Positions 1-6,918 of a stretch of 41,756 nt of DNA are shown here, in pieces (within the stretch, counting starts at the first letter, position 1; each line of letters begins with the position of its first letter). This DNA comes from Ignavibacteriota bacterium (lineage in GTDB: Bacteria; Bacteroidota; Ignavibacteria; UBA10030; UBA6906): contig JANNUB010000347.1 in assembly GCA_031394795.1 (NCBI GenBank), positions 1 through 41,756 of the forward strand, read 5' to 3'. Below the pieces are notes generated by a model, which saw only the letters and a list, made by a program, of their open reading frames with translations, was not told where the DNA came from and did no database searches. The position numbers and the translations under genes are program-made.

Positions 1-573
1 CCCGTTCACGGCGGCTCGCTGCGGCTAGTTGTGGGAAGGGAAGAGAAGGTCTCCCCTTCCGTTCGCTCGCTCGTCAGTGAGGAGTTGAGCAAGAAGGTAG
101 ACACGTTCGAGTTTTTCAGAGATTTCGCAACAAAAGTTCAAAGACTGAAATCGGACCTGCACAGTTTGATTTCCGGGCTGAAGCAACAGGGAAAACGGAT
201 TGCCGGATATGGAGCGGCAGCGAAGGCAGCGACTTTGCTCAGCTATGTCGGACTTGACTGCCGTCACCTCAACTTTGTAGTGGACTTGAATACATTCAAG
301 CACGGAAGATACATGGGCGGCAATCATCTGCTCATCAGTCATCCGGACAGGCTCATTAGCGAGATGCCTGATTATGTTTTGATTCTTGCGTGGAATTTTT
401 CGGGGGAGATAATGAACCAGCAAGGTGAGTATGCTCGGCGAGGAGGGAAGTTCATTATTCCACTACCTGAACCAAGGATCATTGAAAACGGATATTCGGT
501 AACTAACGCGGATCACCTCCCCCCTCCCGACCAAGGCGGTGAGATATCCCAATTCATTTACACTTACAGTTAA
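1..573 (+). CDS. C-methyltransferase, C-terminal part (5' end lies upstream of the window); canonical NDP-hexose C-methyltransferase-like (TylCIII-type) C-terminal domain
   Basis: Frame 1 is open from base 1 ([12 protein letters not shown]...), so the GTG at 31 in the ORF track is not the true start. Motifs [35 protein letters not shown] and GGKFIIPLP match my memory of the C-terminal domain of sugar C-methyltransferases (Pfam Methyltransf_14 type). Confidence 0.75.
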   Translation, partial: PVHGGSLRLVVGREEKVSPSVRSLVSEELSKKVDTFEFFRDFATKVQRLKSDLHSLISGLKQQGKRIAGYGAAAKAATLLSYVGLDCRHLNFVVDLNTFKHGRYMGGNHLLISHPDRLISEMPDYVLILAWNFSGEIMNQQGEYARRGGKFIIPLPEPRIIENGYSVTNADHLPPPDQGGEISQFIYTYS

Positions 574-585
574 TGAGGTAAAACC

Positions 586-1956
586 ATGACACGACGTCTC
601 ACCATCTTTTTGCTTGCAAGCATGCTGACGTGGACATTCCTGCTCGGCAGTGTTGCTTCGGCACAGATCTTACCCGACGGTTTCGATTCAACCAATATCA
701 GATCGATCTGGAAATTCCTTGATCCTCGGGGCGGCTGTTCCGTTGTCAAGGATTCTGTGTCTCCGACTTCCGAGCGGCTAAAATTTATTGTTCCAGCAGG
801 ACTTTCGCGCGATCCGTATCCGTACTCGGGCTTCCCGCCAAATAGAACGGCGAGACTCGTTCAAAAAGTTGGACCTCTCGGGAATTTTGCAGTGCTGGTG
901 AAGTTCGATTCAGTAATGAACAGCATGTACCAGATCAAAGGAATTGAAGCAATCGAGGACGATAGTTCGTTCATCCGGTGTGAAGTCTACTGCGATTCAA
1001 CAGATACTGCAGGTCATCCAGGGCGTACCTTGCGATTGAACGCATACCTGGCCTCCGTTGTTAATGGCAGTGTCAACCAATCTGTGTTGCCACTCTCTTT
1101 GCGCCCCGACACAACGCGCACGATCTGGCTGCGACTTGATCGCATTAACGACAATTGGACACAACGATATTCTACAAACGGAATCAGTTGGACGATAGCG
1201 AACGCCATAATCCAGGCTATCCCCATTGACTCGATCGGTATACACGTGGCGGTTACTGATCCCGCGAACACTGCTAGTGGGACCAATGCTCCGGCGTTCA
1301 CGGCGTACATTGATTCCTTTGGCGTCGGAAATCCGAACGATCTGCCGGTCCAGCTTTCCAGTTTCTCAGCGGTTTTGCAGAGCAACAGGCTTGTCCGGCT
1401 TGACTGGTCAACAGCAACGGAAACGAACAACTATGGATTTGATGTTCAAAAGTCCCTTGGGAATACGGAGAACTTCCAAACGATCCCCGGTAGCTTTGTC
1501 CCCGGCAACGGAACCACTATCGAACCTCACCAGTATTTTTACGTTGATAACTCGACATCGCAAGGTGACTGGTACTATCGTCTGAAACAGATGGATCTCG
1601 ACGGTTCATTCAATTTTACCGAACCCATTCAGGTCAGCATACTCTCGGGCGTCGAAGACAAATCTTTGCCGACTGCTTTTGCACTGGAGCAGAACTATCC
1701 AAATCCGTTTAACCCGACAACAGAGATCAGATATCAGATATCAGAGGTCAGAGGTCAGAGGTCAGAGGCAAGCCGCGTTGCGTTGAAGGTGTATGATATG
1801 TTGGGTCGAGAAGTCGCGACACTGGTGAACGAAGTGAAGCAACCGGGAACATACTCGATACAATTTGATGCATCGCAACTGACGAGCGGTGTTTACATCT
1901 ACAAGCTCAGCTCGGCTGGACAGTCGTTCACGCGGAAGATGACTGTGATGAAATAA
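586..1956 (+). CDS. secreted jelly-roll (ConA/LamG-like flavour) protein with ~100-aa pre-CTD module and T9SS type-A C-terminal sorting domain
   Basis: ATG with GAGGT about 8 nt upstream. Signal-like N-terminus MTRRLTIFLLASMLTWTFLLGSVASA. Beta-rich body (DPRGG, FIRCEVY, WLRLDR). Pre-CTD module LPVQLSSF..ETNNYGFDVQKS..YYRLKQMDLDG. CTD EQNYPNPFNPTT .. SGVYIYKL .. TRKMTVMK. Colinear paralog of 2020-3342. Confidence 0.85.
   Translation: MTRRLTIFLLASMLTWTFLLGSVASAQILPDGFDSTNIRSIWKFLDPRGGCSVVKDSVSPTSERLKFIVPAGLSRDPYPYSGFPPNRTARLVQKVGPLGNFAVLVKFDSVMNSMYQIKGIEAIEDDSSFIRCEVYCDSTDTAGHPGRTLRLNAYLASVVNGSVNQSVLPLSLRPDTTRTIWLRLDRINDNWTQRYSTNGISWTIANAIIQAIPIDSIGIHVAVTDPANTASGTNAPAFTAYIDSFGVGNPNDLPVQLSSFSAVLQSNRLVRLDWSTATETNNYGFDVQKSLGNTENFQTIPGSFVPGNGTTIEPHQYFYVDNSTSQGDWYYRLKQMDLDGSFNFTEPIQVSILSGVEDKSLPTAFALEQNYPNPFNPTTEIRYQISEVRGQRSEASRVALKVYDMLGREVATLVNEVKQPGTYSIQFDASQLTSGVYIYKLSSAGQSFTRKMTVMK
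1721..1769. repeat. heptanucleotide tandem repeat (CAGARRT) x7 inside the CTD of ORF 586-1956
   Basis: Read directly: cagagat cagatat cagatat cagaggt cagaggt cagaggt cagaggc. It encodes ..EIRYQISEVRGQRSEA.. immediately after NPFNPTT. Confidence 0.95.
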
Positions 1957-2019
1957 GGAACCGCGGGGGGCGGTGAGGAAATCCATAATCGTTCACACTT
2001 GCTACTGTAGGAGGAAACC

Positions 2020-3342
2020 ATGCAACAACAAAAATCTCTGTTCGTCTTCACGCTCGCGTGCGCAGCGCTGCTCGCGAGTTCCGGTTCGGCACAGGGCATA
2101 CGACAAGATGAGTTTAACGGGTTAGGGCTTGACAATTCCGTTTGGCGCTTTGCCGATCCGCGTGGCGGTTGCACACAAGACGTATCCGGATCGGAGGCGC
2201 GCATTATCATTCCCTCGGGATTATCCCGCGACCCTGTGCTCACCAGCCAAGGGGGCAACAGGGCGCCGCGCATTGTTCAACAGGTTGCCAATCCAGTAAG
2301 TGGAGACGTCGGCGACTTTAAGGTCTATGCAAAATTTAATGGGATCGAAAACAGACAGTACCACATTCAAGGTATCATGGCGATGCAAAATGATACAACC
2401 TTTATCCGTTGCGAGATCTATAGCGCCGGTACACAATTGTACTGGCTTTTGTACGCTATTCAAAATAACACATACGTAAGCCAACACACAAGTCCGATCC
2501 CTGGTTCGGCTCTCGGAAACACGCCGCTCTACGTAAGGCTCGATCGAACGGGCAACGTATTTACTCAGTACTATGCCATTGGTACATCCACAACCTGGAT
2601 AAAGACAGACACCACCAGCTTTACGATGAGAGTTGATTCCATGGGTGTGTACGGGGCTACGTCTGACTCCGTTCAGCCGCCTCGTGTTCCCGAAATTCAT
2701 GCTCCTGCGTTTACTGGACTCATAGACTATTTCAGAACCGTAGACCCGCTTCCCATCCAGCTTGCGAGCTTCACTGCCACGCTGCAAAGCAACAATCTCG
2801 TGCGGCTCAATTGGACGACGATGACAGAAACAAACAACTATGGCTTTGAAGTTCAGAAGTCGCTCGGCGGTACGCAGGATTTCCAAACACTCCAGGGCGG
2901 TTTCATTCCCGGACATGGAACAACGGTCGAGCCGCGTCACTATAGTTATGTTGATGGTTCGACCTCGCCGGGCAATTGGTACTACCGTTTGAAGCAAATT
3001 GACCTCGATGGAACGATTAGCTACATTGAGCCTGTTCAAGTAACGGTGTTGACGGGTGTTGATGAGAAATCGCTGCCAGCAGCGTTCGCGCTCGAGCAGA
3101 ATTATCCGAATCCGTTTAACCCGGCGACCGTCATAACGTTTGCAGTGCCCGCAGCAGGTCAGGTGCGGCTGGAGGTCTTCAATGTCATCGGGCAGAAGGT
3201 TGCAACGGTGTTTGATGGAGTGAAAGAAGCGGGAGAGCACAAGCATGAGTTCGCTGCCGCTGATCTTACGAGCGGAGTGTATATCTACAAACTCACAGCC
3301 GGTGGACAGTCGTTCACGCGGAAGATGACAGTAATGAAATAG
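2020..3342 (+). CDS. secreted jelly-roll protein, tandem paralog of 586-1956, with pre-CTD module and T9SS CTD
   Basis: ATG preceded by AGGAGG (gtaggaggaaaccATG). Signal-like MQQQKSLFVFTLACAALLASSGSAQG. Shared blocks with the upstream gene (DPRGGC, IPSGLSRDP, FIRCEIY, RLDR). Pre-CTD module PIQLASFTA..ETNNYGFEVQKS..YYRLKQIDLDG. CTD EQNYPNPFNPAT .. SGVYIYKL .. TRKMTVMK. Confidence 0.85.
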   Translation: MQQQKSLFVFTLACAALLASSGSAQGIRQDEFNGLGLDNSVWRFADPRGGCTQDVSGSEARIIIPSGLSRDPVLTSQGGNRAPRIVQQVANPVSGDVGDFKVYAKFNGIENRQYHIQGIMAMQNDTTFIRCEIYSAGTQLYWLLYAIQNNTYVSQHTSPIPGSALGNTPLYVRLDRTGNVFTQYYAIGTSTTWIKTDTTSFTMRVDSMGVYGATSDSVQPPRVPEIHAPAFTGLIDYFRTVDPLPIQLASFTATLQSNNLVRLNWTTMTETNNYGFEVQKSLGGTQDFQTLQGGFIPGHGTTVEPRHYSYVDGSTSPGNWYYRLKQIDLDGTISYIEPVQVTVLTGVDEKSLPAAFALEQNYPNPFNPATVITFAVPAAGQVRLEVFNVIGQKVATVFDGVKEAGEHKHEFAAADLTSGVYIYKLTAGGQSFTRKMTVMK

Positions 3343-3365
3343 AGATCATTCTTCGCTGACATGGA

Positions 3366-3398
3366 AAGCCTCGTCCACTGACGGGGCTTTTGTTTCTT
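3366..3398 (+). terminator. rho-independent terminator after 2020-3342
   Basis: AGCCTCGTC cact GACGGGGCT (9-bp stem, one G.U pair) followed by TTTTGTTTCTT. Confidence 0.7.
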
Positions 3399-3504
3399 GC
3401 GCCGAGCCGCAAGAACCGGATCCCATGGTGAGAGTCATGAAGACTCGGAGAAAGCGTCCTGATCTCTAAGCAATCGCGATGTTCATTGAAACGGGAGTCC
3501 AGCA

Positions 3505-5127
3505 ATGATAAAACATTTTTCAGTAATCATCACGCTGACGTGCCTCTTAGAAGTCATGATAGCAGCGCCGACTATTACGGTGTGGTATGGCAACAATCAA
3601 TCATTCGGGCAGCGAGGAAATCCACAAACGGCTGTCAACATCTTGGGCAACGTCTCTGATCCGAGCGGCATTCAAAGTCTCTCGTACGCTCTCAACGGCG
3701 GATCATCCATCAATCTTTCGCGCGGTCCAGATACGCGCAGGCTTCTTCGTTCCGGCGATTTCAATATCGACATATTCACATCGAATCTTAACAATGGTTC
3801 AAATACGATTGTTATCACTGCAATAAACAGCTCTAACGAAACATCAACGGCGAACGTGGTTGTTCAATATACGCCAGGTAACACATGGGCTCTTCCGTAC
3901 TCCGTTGATTGGAGTTCCGCTGGCAGCATCCAGAGCGTCGCTCAAGTCGTCGACGGAGACTGGACACTGAACAATGGGAAGGTCCGGCCGAGGTATTTGG
4001 GATACGATCGGTTGGTCGCGATTGGCGACAAGACGTGGACGGACTATGAAGTTACAGTGCCCATTACTCTCTATAGCCTTGACACGAGTGGTTTCAATGG
4101 CGTGAGTCAAACACCTGGTGTTGGACTGTTGTTCAGATGGACAGGACATACCGACGATCCGGTCTCAGGTCAGCAACCGAAAACCGGCTTCCTCCCCTTG
4201 GGTGCGATTGGATGGTATAGCTGGGATTATGGCAACACCGGCGGTGTGAGATTGAAGCTTGTGGGCAACAACCTCAATACCATGCAGGAAGACAACAGCG
4301 GCTTTAGGCTCATGTGGGGCGTAACGTATATCTTCAAGATGCGTGTTGAAACTATTCCGGGCCTAGGCGCCGCGTACAAATTCAAGGTGTGGCAGGCCGG
4401 ACAATCCGAGCCATCGGCATGGACTCTGCAAGGACAACAATCTTTGAGTGACCCACAAAACGGTTGCGTCTGCCTACTCTCCCATCATGTCGACGCGGAA
4501 TTCGGCAATGTCACCATCACTCCGATTACCGCGACGCCGGTTCAGCTTTCCAGTTTCACTGCGCAAGTGATGAGCAACAATCTCGTCCGTCTTGACTGGA
4601 CAACTGCTTCCGAAACGAATAACTACGGTTTTGAAGTGCAGAAGTCATTCAACACGACGAACAACTTCTCGACAATCCCTCGCAGCTTCGTTGCCGGAAA
4701 TGGAACCACAACCGAGCCGCAATACTACAGTTGGATCGATTCGGCGGCAACAGCCGGGAATTGGTACTATCGCCTGAAGCAAATGGACCTCGATGGCACA
4801 ACAGTGTACACGGAGCCCGCGCGCGTGAGTGTTCTGACGGGCGTTCGCGGCGGGGAGGTCCCCGGAGACTTTGCGCTTCAACAGAACTATCCGAACCCAT
4901 TCAACCCCACGACGAAGATGTCATTTGTCATTGGTCATTCGTCATTAGCAAGTCTGAAGGTGTTTGATGTGTTGGGAAGAGAAGTCGAGACACTGGTGAA
5001 TGAAGTGAAAGCGCCCGGCATGCATGACGTGACGTTCAATGCGGAGAGACTTCCGAGCGGCGTATATGTTTACAGGCTCACTGCAGGTGGGAAATCAGCC
5101 AGTCGCAGAATGCTCCTGATGAAATGA
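3505..5127 (+). CDS. secreted Ig-like + ConA-like jelly-roll protein with pre-CTD module and T9SS CTD
   Basis: Signal-like MIKHFSVIITLTCLLEVMIAAP. The N-terminal ~340 aa are colinear with 5201-6892 (PTITVWYG.NQSFGQ.GNPQTA.NILGNVSDP.GIQSLSY, VVDG.WTL, WTDYEVTVPIT, LLFRWTGHTD, YIFKMRVETIPG, LLSHHVDAEFGNVTITP). Pre-CTD module PVQLSSFTA..ETNNYGFEVQKS..YYRLKQMDLDG follows, then CTD QQNYPNPFNPTT .. SGVYVYRL .. SRRMLLMK. Confidence 0.85.
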   Translation: MIKHFSVIITLTCLLEVMIAAPTITVWYGNNQSFGQRGNPQTAVNILGNVSDPSGIQSLSYALNGGSSINLSRGPDTRRLLRSGDFNIDIFTSNLNNGSNTIVITAINSSNETSTANVVVQYTPGNTWALPYSVDWSSAGSIQSVAQVVDGDWTLNNGKVRPRYLGYDRLVAIGDKTWTDYEVTVPITLYSLDTSGFNGVSQTPGVGLLFRWTGHTDDPVSGQQPKTGFLPLGAIGWYSWDYGNTGGVRLKLVGNNLNTMQEDNSGFRLMWGVTYIFKMRVETIPGLGAAYKFKVWQAGQSEPSAWTLQGQQSLSDPQNGCVCLLSHHVDAEFGNVTITPITATPVQLSSFTAQVMSNNLVRLDWTTASETNNYGFEVQKSFNTTNNFSTIPRSFVAGNGTTTEPQYYSWIDSAATAGNWYYRLKQMDLDGTTVYTEPARVSVLTGVRGGEVPGDFALQQNYPNPFNPTTKMSFVIGHSSLASLKVFDVLGREVETLVNEVKAPGMHDVTFNAERLPSGVYVYRLTAGGKSASRRMLLMK

Positions 5128-5164
5128 ATCTCCTCTCCAAAGGAGAAGGAGAGATTCTTTTTGT
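5127..5164 (+). terminator. rho-independent terminator after 3505-5127
   Basis: aaTCTCCTCTCC aaa GGAGAaGGAGAgatt (bulged stem) followed by CTTTTTGTG. Starts at the stop codon. Confidence 0.6.
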
Positions 5165-5200
5165 GCTATGTTGCAGAAGCAGGAATGTGAAGAGGAATCT

Positions 5201-6892
5201 ATGACGTTGCGAACAACCTTCTCCCGGACCGTACTGTTCGCTGTAATCGCACTCGTAGCGCATAGCGTTAACGCCGCGCCGACCATCACCGTCTGGTATG
5301 GCGCCAACCAATCCTTTGGTCAACTCGGCAATCCGCAAACCGCCATCAATATTTTGGGCAACGTGTCGGACCCAAACGGCATCCAGAGCCTCTCGTACAC
5401 ACTGAATGGCGGCTCACCCGTCAATCTTTCGCGCGGTCCGGATAGTCGGAGATTACTTCGTCAGGGCGATTTCAATATCGATATCTACACCACGGCGTTG
5501 AACAACGGAACGAATACCATTGTCATCACGGCAAGGAATAATCTCAACGAGACTTCAACGGAAACCGTAACTGTGCAATACACCGCGGGACAAGTGTGGC
5601 CGCACAACTATTCAATCAACTGGAATTCCGCAACATCAATTAACAGTGTAGCGCAAGTTGTGGATGGACACTGGACTCTGCAGAGCGGGATCGTCAAGCC
5701 GACGTATCTTGGATATGACCGTATCGTTGCAATCGGCAGTACCACGTGGACGGATTATGAAGTCACGGTCCCCATTACCATGCGCGGGATTGACCCGGGG
5801 GGCTTCGGATTCCCAGGTGGAAGTCCCGGCGTTGGACTGCTGTTCCGGTGGACCGGACATACCGATAACCCCATTTCGGGAGCGCAACCCAAAACCGGCT
5901 ATCTTCCCTTCGGAGCGATTGCGTGGTACGCATGGGAAAACAATAATCCTTCGGGCACTCCGCGTCTGAAGCTTGTCGGCAACAACCTCAACACCATGCA
6001 GGAAGACTTCAGCGGATTGACGCTGTCGTATAACGTGACGTACATTTTCAAAATGCGCGTCGAGACGATTCCCGGACAGGGCGGTGTGTACAAATTCAAG
6101 GTGTGGCAGCAGGGACAACCCGAGCCTTCCACCTGGCGCTTGCAAGGGCAAAGCGCGCTCACCGATCCTCAAAGCGGATCGCCCTGTCTCCTGTCGCATC
6201 ATGTCGATGCGGAGTTCGGTAACGTCACGATCACTCCGCTCGCGTACGTCAACATGGGCCTCAAAGCATTTCTTGAAGGACCGTACAACTCCTCGACTGC
6301 AACCATGCGCACCGACTTGCAGCCTGTGCTGCCGGCTGTGCAGCCATACACAACGTCGCCCTGGAGTTACGTCGGAGTGGAAACCATCGCCACGATTCCT
6401 TCGGGTGCTGTGGACTGGGTGCTGCTCGAGCTTCGCACCGGCACCGCATCTTCAACGCGGGTGGCGACGCGTGCCGCGCTCATCAAAAGCAACGGGGTTA
6501 TCGTCGAGCTTGATGGGAGCAGCCCCGTCACGTTCGGCGGGATCTCGGCAGGAAATTACTACGTCGTCATTCGTCATCGCAATCATCTTCCGATCATGAG
6601 CGCATCGCCGCTGAGCCTCACGACGAGCGCATCGCTGTATGATTTCACCATGTCGCAGTCGCAAGCGTACGGAGTATCGCCAATGAAGGAGATTGTTTCA
6701 GGAGTCTTCGGTATGATTGCTGGTGATGCAAACTCGACGAACATTATTACGGCTTCCGACGCGAACGGGGTTTTCGTTGATCTCAATGCAACGAACTACA
6801 ACGCCAACGATGCCAACATGAACCGACTCGTGACGGATGCGGATGCGAACGTTGTATTCCAGAACATCAACCGGTCGGGTCAACTGCCGTAG
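5201..6892 (+). CDS. CTD-less paralog of 3505-5127: same Ig-like + jelly-roll N-terminus, different C-terminal module (FLEGPY..DWVLLELR..HRNHLPIMS domain plus dockerin-like D-x-N loops)
   Basis: The ORF is open from 5168. ATG 5201 (MTLRTTFSRTVLFAVIALVAHSVNA) gives a plausible signal peptide and has GAGGA upstream. After ..AEFGNVTITP the sequence lacks the pre-CTD module and CTD. Instead it carries KAFLEGPYNS..VDWVLLELR..GNYYVVIRHRNHLPIMS, a domain I recall from the C-termini of large uncharacterised Bacteroidota surface proteins. Two loops follow, GDANSTNIITASDANGVF and NDANMNRLVTDADANVVF. Confidence 0.8.
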   Translation: MTLRTTFSRTVLFAVIALVAHSVNAAPTITVWYGANQSFGQLGNPQTAINILGNVSDPNGIQSLSYTLNGGSPVNLSRGPDSRRLLRQGDFNIDIYTTALNNGTNTIVITARNNLNETSTETVTVQYTAGQVWPHNYSINWNSATSINSVAQVVDGHWTLQSGIVKPTYLGYDRIVAIGSTTWTDYEVTVPITMRGIDPGGFGFPGGSPGVGLLFRWTGHTDNPISGAQPKTGYLPFGAIAWYAWENNNPSGTPRLKLVGNNLNTMQEDFSGLTLSYNVTYIFKMRVETIPGQGGVYKFKVWQQGQPEPSTWRLQGQSALTDPQSGSPCLLSHHVDAEFGNVTITPLAYVNMGLKAFLEGPYNSSTATMRTDLQPVLPAVQPYTTSPWSYVGVETIATIPSGAVDWVLLELRTGTASSTRVATRAALIKSNGVIVELDGSSPVTFGGISAGNYYVVIRHRNHLPIMSASPLSLTTSASLYDFTMSQSQAYGVSPMKEIVSGVFGMIAGDANSTNIITASDANGVFVDLNATNYNANDANMNRLVTDADANVVFQNINRSGQLP

Positions 6893-6918
6893 GTTTTCAC
6901 TATCGCAATTGGATTATC

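Noticed and set aside
1721-1769. Possible CRISPR array or spacer-repeat structure among the short tandem repeats (also 11859-11894, 9700-9740, 4920-4947).
   Set aside because: The units are 7-24 nt, directly abutting, with no unique spacers, and all sit inside well-supported coding frames. No cas genes are present in the window.
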